A stretch of DNA of 64,000 nt from Macrostomum lignano (lineage: Eukaryota). Positions 48,201 through 61,355 of this stretch are shown here, piece by piece; position 1 is the stretch's first letter, and each line of letters begins with the position of its first letter. Where the stretch lies: assembly GCA_002269645.1 (NCBI GenBank), contig NIVC01001756.1, positions 1 through 64,000 on the forward strand, written 5' to 3'. The position numbers and the translations under genes are program-made. The notes beneath the pieces are model-generated. The model saw only the letters and a list, made by a program, of their open reading frames with translations. It was not told the origin of the DNA and ran no database searches.

Positions 48201-51200
48201 TCCTCAGACCCTCACTCTCCAGATCCTCAGACCCTCACTCTCCAGATCCTCAGACCCTTACTCTCCAGATCCTCAGACCCTTACTCTCCAGATCCTCAGA
48301 CCCTCACTCTCCAGATCCTCAGACCCTCACTCTCCAGATCCTCAGACCCTCACTCTCCAGATCCTCAGACCCTCACTCTCCAGATCCTCAGACCCTCACT
48401 CTCCAGATCCTCAGACCCTCACTCTCCAGATCCTCAGACCCTCACTCTCCAGATCCTCAGACCCTCACTCTCCAGATCCTCAGACCCTCACTCTCCAGAT
48501 CCTCAGACCCTCACTCTCCAGATCCTCAGACCCCACCCCAGATCCTCACACTCCAGATCCTCAGATCCTCAGACCCCAGACTCCCAGATCCTCAGATCCT
48601 CAGACCCCAATAAGCACATTGCTTGTATTGGGAAACTGTATTTACAATTGTAACGAAACCTGCACTTGCTTTGGCAATTATTGCCATGTATAACAAAGTT
48701 GAATAATTAAAATTATTTATACTACTATGGCTAATATTTGATTAAAATTAAGAATATCTAGTATATTTTTAATTACCTTGGTTGCATTATCATTTTGTCA
48801 TACAAAAATGTCACTTAATTCCGTATCATTAATATTAATACGCAGCGCACTTCGCGGTAAAAAGTTCTCTGCCGGGTAAGTTGAGAGCAACATTGGCAGT
48901 AAAGCATCTGTTTTTCTATCAATAATTTACTAATTTCTATTATTTTCACGTTGTATAACATTGCATGCCAAGTTTGACGAATAGGTATTTGAGTTTTTAA
49001 AGCACTGTACAAAGTTTAGCACAGAAAAATGGTGATCGACTGTTTATTTTATAATTAATAAATCTTACCTGGTAAAGTGTTTACTCAGATTTTAATTACT
49101 AATAGTAGCATATCTTTCATTTATTATGTATAGGTACTGGCGTACTATATCTATTGACATTTATAAATGCATTAAAGTTTTTTACTGCTACGGGTTCTGA
49201 AGTATTTACTGTAGTGTCCCACCCTTGATTAAAAATATAGTTTTTTACCATTATTTTCTTTACTATATAGAATCTGGAAAGATTTGTAGTGTATTTTGCA
49301 CATATTGCACAACTTATCGACTGTTCTTTAAGTTTTGTGGTCTTCAACACTTTGCAAGGTGAAGTGGGGCGTGTGCTGGCCGGAGTGGGGTGAGTGTTAG
49401 GCGGAGTGGGGTGAGTGTTAGGCGGAGTGGGGTGAGTGTTAGGCGGAGTGGGGTGGGTGCTAGGCGGAGTGGGGTGAGTGTTAGGCGGAGTGGGGTGGGC
49501 GCTGGACGGAGTGGGTGAGTGTTAGGCGGAGCGGGGTGGGTGCTGGGCGGAGTGGGGTGGGTGCTAGGCGGAGTGGGATGGGTGCTAGGCGGAGTGGGGT
49601 GGGTGCTAGGCAGAGTGGATGGGTGCTAGGCGGATTGGGGTGGGTGCTAGGCAGAGTGGGGTGGGTGCTAGGCAGAGTGGGGTGGGTGCTAGGCGGATTG
49701 GGGTGGGTGCTAGGAGGACGGCTGGGTGCTAGGCGGAGTGGTGTGGGTGCTAGGCAGCGTGGTGTGTGTTCTACTGCTTCAGAAAATGAACCAGGTGCTT
49801 AGGGTACAATAGATAACTACTCGTTACTATAAAAACTGCTTTAGCAATAAAATTTACTTCCCTATTTTTGTTTGCTTTTATTTCTCATTGCTTTTTTATT
49901 TCTAAACTGACGTCACAGTGCTACAGATGGTGCAGAGCATCTGCGTCGGTGCGAGAAGCCAACACTTACCTGTAAATTGCTTCTGGCCGGCGGCGGTCCA
50001 ACAGGGAACAAACCGGCCGAACCGTACGGTCCCGGCTTCAATCCGGCCGCCGCTGGCGCCGTGTTCCTGTATCACCGACTGCCCGCTGGCGGCTCGCTAG
50101 TCATCTGCTCACACGGCCAAGCCGGACTGACTCTCTGGTTTCTGGCGCCAAATGTTGGCGCCGCTTTGCCGGCTACCGCCGGTGGCGCTGCCTTGTCCGG
50201 CGTGCGGCCGAGTGTGCATACAAGCCTGCGGCTGCTCTGGCCGGCCGAGCGTTGGCCACTGGCTGACTGGGAGGTTACGGCGGCTACGCTGGTTTATACT
50301 AGCGGTCGGTTAGCGTTAGGTCTGCAGTCTGGCCATATTGTGCTGCTAACTATGATGCAATGGCTTGCCGCAGCTTGCTTCCAGGCGCCTAAGTGAGTCC
50401 AGCTGCTTGGTTTTGTTGCTTGAGTGCTAGTGAGGTGGGTGCTAGGCGGAGTGGGGTTGATGCCAGGCGGAGTGAGGTTGGTGCCGGGAGGAGTGAGGTT
50501 GGTGCCAAGCGGAGTGAGGTTGGTGCCGGGAGGAGTGAGGTTGGTGCCAGGCGGAGTGAGGTTGGTGCCAGGCGGAGTGAGGTTGGTGCCGGGCGGAGTG
50601 GGGTTGGTGCCAACATAGATAGATGTGGGTGCCAGATGGAGTTAAATGCGTGCCTAATAAAGTGAGGTTGGTGCCACATATAGTGAGGTGGTTGCCAGAT
50701 GGAGTGAGGTGGCTGCCATATGGAGTGAGGTGGCTGCCAGATGAAGTGAGGTGGCTGCCAGATGGAGTGAGGTGGGTTCCAGATGGAGTGAGGTTGGTGC
50801 AGGTGGTGTGAATGCGGTATGAAATTCATGACCCCCAGCTGTATATCAAATTAAGCATGACTGTAAACTAATCGCCAACATCCACCTTAGCTGCAACAAT
50901 ACTTGGCTTGATATTTCAGACCCGATCCGCCCACGCATCTCCGCTTGTCGGGTCACACCCGGGCCGTGACTGCCCTACTGCACCCGGCCAGCCTGGCTCC
51001 CGATCGATACAATCCCATCCATCTGGTGTCCGGAGCTGAAGATTTCTCCGTTGCTCTGTGGGACTGCGAATCCGGCTCGTTGATACATCTATTCTGCGTC
51101 CACGGCGGCCCGGTGGCATCGCTGCAGCTACCTCCTAACGGCTGCCAGGGCTCCCGCCTGGCCGTGTCAGTTGTATCCGTTGCCGCCGATCATTCTGTCA

Positions 51201-54200
51201 GCCTGTTGAATCTGCGCGAACGTCGATTATTATTGTTGGCCTCTCGGCATCTGTACCCGGTGCTGTCGGTTCGTTGGCGGCCGCTAGAAGATTTGCTAGT
51301 TGTGCACACTAGCGATAATAGCGCTTACGTGTGGCAGACCGAGGTGCCAGCCTTGGATCGCATTGTTAGCGGCCCGGCGTTGGAAGAGCTGCTCCGGCGT
51401 AGCGAAGAGTCTTTGAGCGATTCTAGCCGATCGGCTGCGCCTCTGCGCGTCACTAAACTTCGGGGCGAGGATTCTGGCGGCGGTCGGGGTCTGCCTATTG
51501 TGCTACATTTTAATGTGGCCTGCCTCATTGAACGCATTCTGAGCAACGATCAGTTGGCCAGGCTAAGGAGTCAATCGAGAGACAGCGAAACGCAGGAGTC
51601 GTCTAGGTCTCGTAAGTGTTGGGAGTGAGGTGGGTGCTGGGTGGATTGAAGTGGATGCTAGGCAGAGTGAGGTGGATGCTAGGCGGAGTGAGGTGGGTGT
51701 TAGGCGGAGTGAGGTGGGGGCTAATACTACTACTACTGACGGGGAGACTAGGATGCTAGGTGGGGTGAGGTAGGTGCTAGGCGGAGTGAGATGGATGCTA
51801 TGCGGAGTTGATAATAGGCGGAGTGAGGTGTGTGCTAGGCGGAGTGAGGTAGGTGCTTGGCGGAGTAAGGTGGGTCCTCGGTGGATTGAAGTGGATGCTA
51901 GGCGGAGTGAGGTAAATGCTAGGCGGAGTGAGGTGGATGCTAGGCGGAGTAATGTGGGTGCTAGGCGGAGTGAGGTGGGTGCTAGGTTCCAAATCAGTGT
52001 TTTACTATCCTAATGCACCCTTACTTCTATCAGCATATCTCGGAGGTCGCAGCGGCCCCTCAGCTGCCCGACTTTCCGATGCTTCATCGTCCAGAGCTGC
52101 CGTGTCATCTGTCGACGCCGCCGCCGCCGCAGTCAACGCCACAACTGGCGCAGACGAGCAAGCTCTAACGCTTCAAGTTGCCCAACTGCTCCTATCACTG
52201 ATTCACTCCTGGGGCCTGGACACTGGCCTAGATCGAACCGTAGGCGAAACCCTGGGCCTCTGGCCGCCCCGTATCGCCCCCTGTTTCGGTCTGGTCCGCT
52301 CCCGCGCCGCCTGCCTGCTGTGCCCCAACCCGCCGCCGCACTGGGAGACCAACCGTCAGCTGACCACTTTGCACCTGCTAGCCACCACAGCTCTGGCCGG
52401 TGCTTTGGCCACAGCCAGGACCGCAGCCAGCTTCAAAGTCTGGCCGCTCGATCAGCCTCATCGCGCGTCTCTGGCCGCCGCTGTCGAAGATCCAACAGCC
52501 GACAACGATCCAACGGCAGCATGGAATTCCGCGTCGCTGTCTCCGCCAACCGCTGAACAGCGTCAGGCGTGGGGTCTGACGCTGACGCATCACACGGTAC
52601 TGCTAGCCGACCTGCTTGACCCCAGCCTGTTCCAGCAGCCATGCCTGCTGTCCCTAGCTGGCCTGTATCACACTGCCAGTCCGCATCTGCGCCAGGCTGC
52701 TCAACAGCTGCTCATGGCCGAGCTGCGTCGCCTAGGCCCGGCCGGCCGGCAGGAACTACTCGGCCAGCACGATTTAAGCTTGAAAACTTCTCTAGCCTCG
52801 CTGGTGCTTGTCTGCTTAATCTGCTGCGAGTTCCCGGCTGGCCAGTCAGATTTGAACTTGACCAGGGCCGCTGCTGGCGCTCTGATTCGACTGCTGCAGG
52901 AGCCGGGGCAGGCTGGCGGCGAGATGGCGCCCTGCGGTTCGAAACGGCTGCTGGCGCCCGAATCTAGGACTGCTGTTGACCTGCTTGGCAGGGGCTTTCG
53001 CACCTGGGAGGCGCATGTTGATGTCACTCAGGTGAGACGCGTTTGTTATTGAACCCAATGAACCCTATTGAACCCTAATGAACCCTATTGAACCCTATTG
53101 AAGCCCAATGAACCCTATTGAACCCTATTGAACCCTAATGAACCCTTTTGAACCCTATTGAACCCTAATGAACCCTTTTGAACCCTATTGAACCCTATTG
53201 AACCCTAATGAACCCTTTTGAACCCTTTTGAACCCTTTTGAACCCTATTGAACCCTAATGAACCCTTTTGAACCCTATTGAACCCTAATGAACCCTATTG
53301 AACCCTAATGAACCCTTTTGAACCCTATTGAACCCTATTAAACCCTATTGAACCTCAAAGAACCCTATTGAACCCCAATGAACCCTATTGAACCCCAATA
53401 AACCCTATTGAACCCCAATAAACCCTATTGAACCCCAATGTACCCTATTGAACCCCAATGAACCCTATTGAACCCCAATGTTAACCTCTTAAAACCCAAT
53501 AAACCCTATTGAACCCCAATAAACCCTATTGAACCCCAATGAACCCCAATAAACACTATTAAACGCCAGTAACCCTTTTTGACCCCTCAATGAACCCTAT
53601 TGACCCCCCAATGAACCCTATTGACCCCTCAATGAACCCTATTAAACCCCAGTGAACCCTATTGACCCTCCAATGAACCCTATTGAACCCCAATGAACCA
53701 TATTGAACCCCAATGAACCATATTGAACCCCAGTGAACCTTATTGACCCCTCAATGAACCCTATTGACCCCCCAATGAACCCTATTGACCCCTCAATGAA
53801 CCCTATTGAACCCCAATGAACCCTATTGAACCCCTATGAACCCTATTGAACCCCAATGAACCCTATTGACCCCAATGATTAAACCCCAATAAACCCTATT
53901 GAACCCCAATGAACCTTATTGAACCCCAATGAACCTTATTGAACCCCAATGAACCTTATTGAACCCCAATAAACCCTATTGAACCCCAATATACCCTATT
54001 GAACCCCAATGAACCCCAAAAAACACTATTGAATCCCAGTGAACCTTATTGACCCCTCAATGAACCCTATTGACCCCACAATGAACCCTATTGACCCCTC
54101 AATGAACCCTATTGAACCCTATTGAACCCTATTGAACCTCAAAGAACCCTATTGAACCCTATTGAACCCTATTGAACCCCAATAAACCCTATTGAACCCC

Positions 54201-57200
54201 AATGAACCCTATTGAACCCCAATGTACCCTATTGAACCCCAATAAACCCTATTGAACCCCAATGAACCCCAATAAACACTATTGAACGCCAGTGAACCTT
54301 TTTTTGACCCCTAAATGAACCCTATTGACCCCCCAATGAACCCTATTGACCCCTCAATGAACCCTATTAAACCCCAGTGAACCCTATTGACCCCCCAATG
54401 AACCCCAAAAAACACTATTGAACCCCAGTGAACCTTATTGACCCCTCAATGAACCCTATTGACCCCTCAATGAACCCTATTAAACCCCAGTGAACCCTAT
54501 TGACCCCCCAATGAACCCTATTGACCCCTCAATGAACCCTATTAAACCCCAATGAACCCTATTGAACCCCAATGAACCCTATTAAACCCCAGTGAACCCT
54601 ATTAAACCCCAGTGAACCCTATTGACCCCAATGATTGAACCCCAATAAACCCTATTGAACCCCAATGAACCCTATTAAACCCCAATGAACCCTATTGACC
54701 CCAATGAACCTTATTAAACCCCAATTAATCTTATTGAACCCCAATATACCCTATTGAACCCCAATGAACCCCAATGAACCCCGAAAAACACTATTGAACC
54801 CCAGTGAACCTTATTGACCCCTCAATGAACCCTATTGACCCCCCAATGAACCCTATTGACCCCTCAATGAACCCTATTGAACCCTATTGAACCCTATTGA
54901 ACCTCAAAGAACCCTATTGAACCCTATTGAACCCTATTGAACCCCAATGAACCCTATTGAACCCCAATAAACCCTATAGAACCCCAATGAACCCTATTGA
55001 CCCCAATGATTGAACCCCAATAAACTCTATTGAACCCCAATGAACCTTATTGAACCCCAATGAATCCTATTGAACCCCAATATACCCTATTGAACCCCAA
55101 TGAACCCCAATGAACTCCAAAAAACACTATTGAACCCCAGTGAACCTTATTGACCCCTCAATGAACCCTATTGACCCCCCAATGAACCCTATTGACCGCT
55201 AAATGAACCCTATTGTACCCCAATGAATCCTATTAAACCCCAGTGAACCTTATTGAACCCCAATAAACCCTATTGACCCCCCAATGAACCCTATTGAACC
55301 CCAATGAACCCTATTGAACCCCAATGAACCATATTGAACCCCAATGAACCCTATTGAACCCCAATGAACCCTATTCAACCCCAATAAACCCCAATAAACC
55401 CTATTGAACTCCAATGAACCTTATTGAACCCCAATGAATCCTTTTGAACCCCAATGAACCATATTGAACCCCAGTGAACCTTATTGACCCCTCAATGAAC
55501 CCTATTGACCCCCAATGAACCCTATTGACCCCTCAATGAACCCTATTAAACCCCAGTGAACCCTATTGACCCCCCAATGAACACTATTGAACCCAGTGAA
55601 CACTATTAAACCCAGTGAACCCTTATAAATCCCCAATAAAACCTAATTCAACCCAATCAACCTCAATCAACCCTAATAAACCCCACTAAAAGGTGCTCCG
55701 CTTCCTGCTGGACATGGCGGCCGAGCTGGACCGCCTGATGCCGAACAGCTCAGACAGTCTCACAGCCAGCACGGACAGCGCCGCCTCGGCCACTGTGGCT
55801 CTGAGCTGGCGTGTGCTGAGCTCGGAGACTGACCTGGCCCTGCAGGCCCGTCTGGCCCTGACCCAGATTGCCACCTCCCGGCCTCAGCTGTTTCTCATTA
55901 CAATGAGACGGGAGCTGCTCCGCTACAATACCCTGGCAACTAATGCCCACTTGGCCGGGGCGAAGGCACCCGAACAGGCACCTGTGTACAAAGGTCGGAG
56001 CACCATACTGAAACTCTTGGAGTTGTGTGAGTTGCACTTCTGTCCTAAATTTAGACACCTAAATTATTCTAAATTATATTATCGTAAATTTAGACACCTA
56101 AATTGTCCTAAATTTAGACACCTAATAAATTATCCTAAATTTAGACACCTAATAAATTATCCTAAATTTAGACACCTAATAAATTATCCTAAATTTAGAC
56201 ACCTAAGACATCTGAATTATCCTAAATTTAGACACCAAGATACCCAAATTATCCTAAATTTAGACACCTGAAATATCCTAAATTTATACAACTAACAAAA
56301 TCATCATAATTTTAGTTTACTTATTCCTCGAGCATTTGTAACAGAAACAATTATTATTTATAACCCCAGTGTGCGAACGTGCAGCAGCTGACGTGCACGA
56401 CCTGATGTTTGACACCATCGAACTGCTGCTGTTCTGCTTGGAAGGTCAGCTGACCAGAGACCGCGGCCTGGCCGAGCTGTTCCCGCCTATCAGTCGGTTC
56501 TGCACCGTGTCCTGTAATTTGAAGTCTGGCAAAATTGTTGCTGGCAATAAAATTGGCCAATTGGCGTTCTTTGATATTCGGGCGGGCAAATTGCATACTA
56601 CACAGGTGCGCCAACTCGTATTATTTTACTTTTTCTATGCTTCATTGTTGTATTGAATTATTCTTTTTTACTAGAATCGGCTTCCCTTGTAGCTTTTCCA
56701 AAAATCGCCATCTTAGTCGCTTTTTCTAGTAGGGCTTGAAGGTCGGGGGTTCATTCCCGACCCTCTCGGAACAATTTGTGTCCTTGAGCAAGGCAATTAA
56801 CTCTGCTTTGCTTCAGTTCACCCAGCTGTAAAATGGGTGCCAGCATTAGCTGGGGTAATTGAAGGCTGTGTGTGGCGACCACCTTCCCAGTCCTTGGACT
56901 GAACAGCCGTACGCAGCCTTCAGATGCGCCGCGCAATAGCTGCGGCTGAGCTGTCGGTTGCACATCTGGCCCAATTGGGGCAGGTATAATCAATTATCTA
57001 GAATCGCTCCCTTACAACATTTCCTAGAATCACCCTTTTTGCAACATTTCCTAGAAAAGCACTTTCAACTACAAGTATTTCTTAGAATCGCCTTTTTTTA
57101 AATTTTCTTAGAATCGCCTTTTTTAAATTTTCTTAGAATAGCTCCTTTGATTTAGAGAATCGCTTTTCAAATCCGCCTACTTTAAGTAGCACAATGTCAA

Positions 57201-57502
57201 GTAAATATTATTGTACGCGCCTAATTGGTCAGGCCCACCGGCACGGAGCCGGCTGCAGCGCGTGCGCCTTTTCACCGGACGGTCGTCACGTGGCTTCGCT
57301 AAGCGCAACGGATAACAACGTCAGATTTTTTCAATTAAGCGCGCCAACCCTGTTCAACATGGGCAGCAGTCACATCAAAACTGGCAAACAGTTCAATGTC
57401 AGTCCTTCTCTGCAGGGTCGCAGCTGCCGGCTGAATTGGATCGATCCGAAAACTGTAGCCGTCCTGACGCCTAGCGGCATTCATGCCTCGTTTCAGCCGT
57501 GA
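45247..57502 (+). CDS. WDR7: WD repeat-containing protein 7 (rabconnectin-3 beta), ~1295 aa, 11 exons
   Basis: Exons: 45247-45423, 45533-45657, 46227-46474, 47062-47132, 47584-47846, 49919-50392, 50920-51611, 52034-53031, 55693-56026, 56370-56605, 57233-57502; phases consistent (3888 nt). Family motifs: VPVTLWSKEPPSHCIT, LLCCGRYPDILV, EDESK, WQSGDF..VYQLP, GHTRAVTALLHP..HLVSGAEDFSV, LLASRHLYPVLSVRWRPLEDLLVV, LLGRGFRTWE, LLFCLEG, CAFSPDGR. Confidence 0.94.
45700..46135. repeat. 22-bp minisatellite (GAGGGAGAGAGCGGAAGACCAG)n, WDR7 intron 2
   Basis: Tandem units; related to 47225-47485. Confidence 0.93.
46505..47012. repeat. ~27-bp minisatellite (CCCGAGACCAATGTACATCCAC...)n, WDR7 intron 3
   Basis: gagaccaatgtac core repeated; includes an exact ~120-bp block duplication. 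Confidence 0.9.
47225..47485. repeat. 27-bp minisatellite (GAGGGAGAGAGCGGAAGAAGACCAGTT)n, WDR7 intron 4
   Basis: Extended variant of the intron-2 unit. Confidence 0.92.
48060..48610. repeat. 23-bp minisatellite (CCAGATCCTCAGACCCTCACTCT)n, WDR7 intron 5
   Basis: Highly homogeneous, about 20 units. Confidence 0.95.
48777..49349 (-). pseudogene. AT-rich, apparently spliced antisense coding remnant in WDR7 intron 5
   Basis: Minus strand: acceptor at 49350, exon 49349-49069, GTAAGA..TACAG 64-nt intron, exon 49004-48777, GTAATT donor; long near-open frames broken by a few stops. Family not recognised. Confidence 0.35.
49365..49775. repeat. 21-bp minisatellite (GGTGGGTGCTAGGCGGAGTGG)n, WDR7 intron 5
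   Basis: Same family as 50415-50810 and 51627-51985. Confidence 0.93.
50415..50810. repeat. 21-bp minisatellite (GGTTGGTGCCAGGCGGAGTGA)n, WDR7 intron 6
   Basis: Tandem 21-mers. Confidence 0.92.
51627..51985. repeat. 21-bp minisatellite (GGTGGATGCTAGGCGGAGTGA)n, WDR7 intron 7
   Basis: Tandem 21-mers. Confidence 0.9.
53050..55686. repeat. 10/20-bp minisatellite (TGAACCCTAT TGAACCCCAA)n, ~2.6 kb, WDR7 intron 8
   Basis: Fills the intron from ~18 nt after the donor to the acceptor. Confidence 0.96.
56040..56290. repeat. 27-bp minisatellite (CCTAAATTTAGACACCTAATAAATTAT)n, WDR7 intron 9
   Basis: About 8 units with a palindromic CTAAATTTAG core. Confidence 0.9.
56733..56995 (+). mobile_element. 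SINE copy 3, 5'-truncated, CpG-intact
   Basis: Matches 15400-15645 closely; lacks the A box. Confidence 0.88.
57000..57170. repeat. Degenerate TAGAATCGCC-type repeats
   Basis: cttagaatcgcctttttt units; resembles the MFS intron 4/5 family. Confidence 0.65.
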
Positions 57503-60321
57503 CCTGTTTTTTAAACAATTTTATATAGCTGGTATATACTACTGACAATGTTTATATGGTTATTTTTTGTTATTCAAAATAATCATATTTTATATTTATT
57601 TAATGTATTCATTTTTTGCAATCTCATTTCTCTGTTTGGATCAATTTGGTAGAATTACAACTATAGTGAAGTTTTTAAACTGCTTATACTAGCATATGTT
57701 AAGCGTTTTATTGTTAAATTATAGTTTGTTGCCCGAAAAAATATGATTATTTATTTTAGAGTAAGACCCTATATAGCGATTTTTTAACCTATTGATGAGT
57801 TGATTTTTTCGTTTTATCACCTAAGCATTGATTCGTAGAAATTTTATGTGCTTAGCAATTATTGCCCACAATCCCATTCCAGTCACAGAGGTGTCTAGGT
57901 GTCTAAGGATTGTACACTGAAGGATTACGTCATCAATTAAATTTTCTATTGCTTTCTTTACTAGTAATTAGATCATTCATTTATGCTATAAGTACTTTCC
58001 GATTTCTTAAAATAAAGCATAATATTATTTATTAGCTTTACTTATGCAGTTACTCGTAGTAGCATAATGCGCTCATTATGTGTGTATTAAATTTAGGACA
58101 CCACAATTTACTGTGATTATTAGATTCGATTCAAGAAATGTGTTTCATGTTTAATGCCATTTGTGGCTGCTTTGTGTATTGCAATATAGATATGCTGTTA
58201 AGTGCAGCCTGTACAGTCGTGTTGTCTAACAAACTTATTATCGCTCGTCTTATTTTTAGCTTCTCAGAGGATCGAGTTATTATTATTCCTTACCACTGAT
58301 AAAATAATATTCTATTCGTACTTCACTACTTGCACTCGCTAGCATTCAGAAGTAATTATTTTATAAGAATAAAATAAAAACTTAGTTATTAAGGTTTTTA
58401 GGGTATGATTTATGTTGTTCAAAAATAAGCTATCACAAATGATTCACCTAGCCTTGGTGCTTTTTGTTTAGCGTTTGTCTTTTAATATAATTACCATAAG
58501 GGCCACTAGTACGAGCGTAGTTACCGCGTTGTATCAGAACGTAACACTCGTAGATATTTTGAAGGCCCGCTTGTTTACATGTATTTAGCGATGTTTATCT
58601 TCAAAAAAGCATCATACTCTACTGTTTTAAAGAAACCTGCACTTTTCTTTGAGCCTCGGAAGCTCTATGATATTTGCGAGTGAATTGCGTCCTAATACAA
58701 CGGTAAGTTCTAGTGAAAAAAATATTCACACGTACGCAGAAAGGGCCCATGCAACGCTGAAAATTTCATGTAAATGCAAAAGCATGTACGTTCAAAAATA
58801 GAAGCGTCTATATGTTCCGTAGTCTGGGGTCTCCATTGCTCCCATGAAAAGGGTTTGGTTAAAGTAAATTACGTGTAAGAAGCATTCGAAGTTTTTTGCA
58901 TTTTTGACAATCCTAGCACTTAACAAGCAACCGGAGTTATTCCTCTTATTTAAAAAATCGTGTACGTTACTTATTTACTCTACAACTATCACAAGTACTA
59001 CATCATCGTAAAAAGTGTGCCTGATTAAAACAATATTTACTGCTTAATACTTTTAAGTTATATTTTAACTTTTATTCCAAATTGATATGATTAGTAATTA
59101 TTTAATTGTTAATATTTTTCTATTTTTTGCAGTATTAACTATTAACATTTTTGGCGTAGTTTCTTGTATTTAAGTACAAAAAATAACTATAATTTTTATA
59201 CCATGTTGAAAACATTTAGGTTTGGTGGTAAACCAAAGCGTTGTTCGAAACTTCGATATTCCATCGCACAGCCGTACAAATTTGGAATTTCAACTGTATT
59301 AATCGTAAATTAGCACTTCCATTGACAGAAAACAAACTTTTGGTTGAAAGAAACGTAATTTAAAAATGATTTACAAATTATCATGTATACGCTCGTACAA
59401 TGCAAACGACACGAACAAAAACGCAGAAGCTAGAGCACGAAATAATGAAAACTTGTAGAATTCTTGTGTATGATTATTTTGCATTATTTTATTCTAATAT
59501 CGTATCTATTCATGTCCAATTTGGCTGTTGAAAAGTTAAAAAGTTTGATAAGAACTTGATGGCATGCTATTGCTCAGTTTAGTGCAAAAACTTATTCTCA
59601 AACTTTTTTGTGCATTTTGGTTTATATTAACCAAGTTTAGCATTAACAGCTATATGAAATAGTCATTTAATTATTTCATTAAAAATTTCAAATTTACAGT
59701 TAATTTTAGCAGGATAAATCTTAAAGTATAATTTGCAGTAGAACTTTGTCCTCACTTAATCACTGATAGAGTATAGATATATAACATTGTGTACACACTT
59801 AAAAATCATATAAGACCATTTTTACTTTCAATCCATTGTACTTTTTTATGCAGGACTTTTGGATTCAAAAGTTGTGGATTTCAGCATTTCGTACTAGTAA
59901 ATTAGAAAATTAGCCTACATTGAAAATAAAACTCTAGTTCAGTTTATCAATTAAATATTTAGTAAGGTTTATGGAACTACAGATCTGTGATGATAAAAAA
60001 TATGAAATAAGCTAAAAATTGTGGTTCCTCTAACTGAATGTCTACTAGATGTTCCTTTAGACTGATTTTATTGTGAGAATTTTTGCCACCACACCATTAA
60101 ATACTCTCCTGAGAATGAGTTTAGTGTGATGATTCCTCAGTGTGAATCTAATTTTTTAGATTATTTTCACAACTATTTTCATAATTACTACTTTTATTGT
60201 GTAGTTTGTTTGTCATTAATTATATTTATTTAAGCACTTTGATTTTCTGGTTTCTCATATGCAGAAATGACAAAATCCATCTGTAGAACACTTTTATAAA
60301 CAACAAGCAACTAACTCCTTC

Positions 60322-60660
60322 ATGGCCACTGTCCTTGGCGTTGGAGTTGGCGTCATAGTACTGGGTGTACTATGGTCGTTCACCTTAATATTCCTATTGG
60401 CCACGGCGAAGGCCAAGTCTGGCATGCGCTATGTCGGCATCATACTACTGCTATTAGTCTTCCTAATATCATTAGTGTTGATTGTTATACCGAAATCCGA
60501 TGTGGCTACAGACAATGCCAGGGCCTTCGCTATCATGGATGCCATGCTGATTGGTCGTGCGGCCCTCCTGAGTATGCTAGGCCTTTTAGCAATTATTATG
60601 GGCCTTCATTTGTTCTTCGCATCTCAAGTTGTTGAATGCAAGCCGGAATTGGTGCGCTAA
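60322..60660 (+). CDS. TMEM218: Transmembrane protein 218 (ciliary transition zone), 112 aa, intronless CDS
   Basis: N-terminus MATVLGVGVGV, three hydrophobic segments, ..IPK and D..LIGR..LL motifs match TMEM218 as recalled. Confidence 0.9.
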   Translation: MATVLGVGVGVIVLGVLWSFTLIFLLATAKAKSGMRYVGIILLLLVFLISLVLIVIPKSDVATDNARAFAIMDAMLIGRAALLSMLGLLAIIMGLHLFFASQVVECKPELVR

Positions 60661-61184
60661 AATGTTCGTAAATTAACTCCGTCAGGTTTACTGTATTATA
60701 ACAACAAATGAATAACGAACAACGAATAGTTGACTCACGTGGTCGACGCTACAACATTTCTAATCTGGAATTAGAAAGGTCCACATCCACTGAAAAGCTT
60801 TTGTCTGGATTTTATTGACTTGTTCGCTCACTTTTTGCTGCTTCTGTTTTTTTTCAGAAATTCTCCCAAGTACATAAAGTACTTTTGATAATTTAGCACC
60901 AGCTGTGTAGATCAAGTGTATTGAATTTCAGTGCATCGTCCATTTTATCACTTTACGTCGTACTTATATTTACATTAATTGACGCACAAAAAATTCTACT
61001 TAAAAGTTATCCAATCAAATATATAATTTTACTTACTATCTGTCGGTCGATATTTATCTTATTGCCGCTAATTTAATGTCTTACAAAATACTTTAAACTA
61101 CTGATTGCAATTGCCAATGGCTGTTTGAATATTTTATTTTTTTGCAGCCTTTCTGTTGGGGACATTACCATCAGCATCTCTTCT

Positions 61185-61355
61185 CTGCAAATCTTTTCCT
61201 TCACCCTCTCTTCTCCCTCCGTGGGGCTTTCCATCACCCTCTCTTCTCCCTCCGTGGGGCTTTCCATCACCCTCTCTTCTCCCTCCGTGGAGTTTCCATC
61301 ACCCTCTCTTCTCCCTCCGTGGAGTTTCCATCACCCTCTCTTCTCCCTTCGCGGG
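61185..61355. repeat. 32-bp minisatellite (TTCCATCACCCTCTCTTCTCCCTCCGTGGAGT)n
   Basis: About 5 units. Confidence 0.9.
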
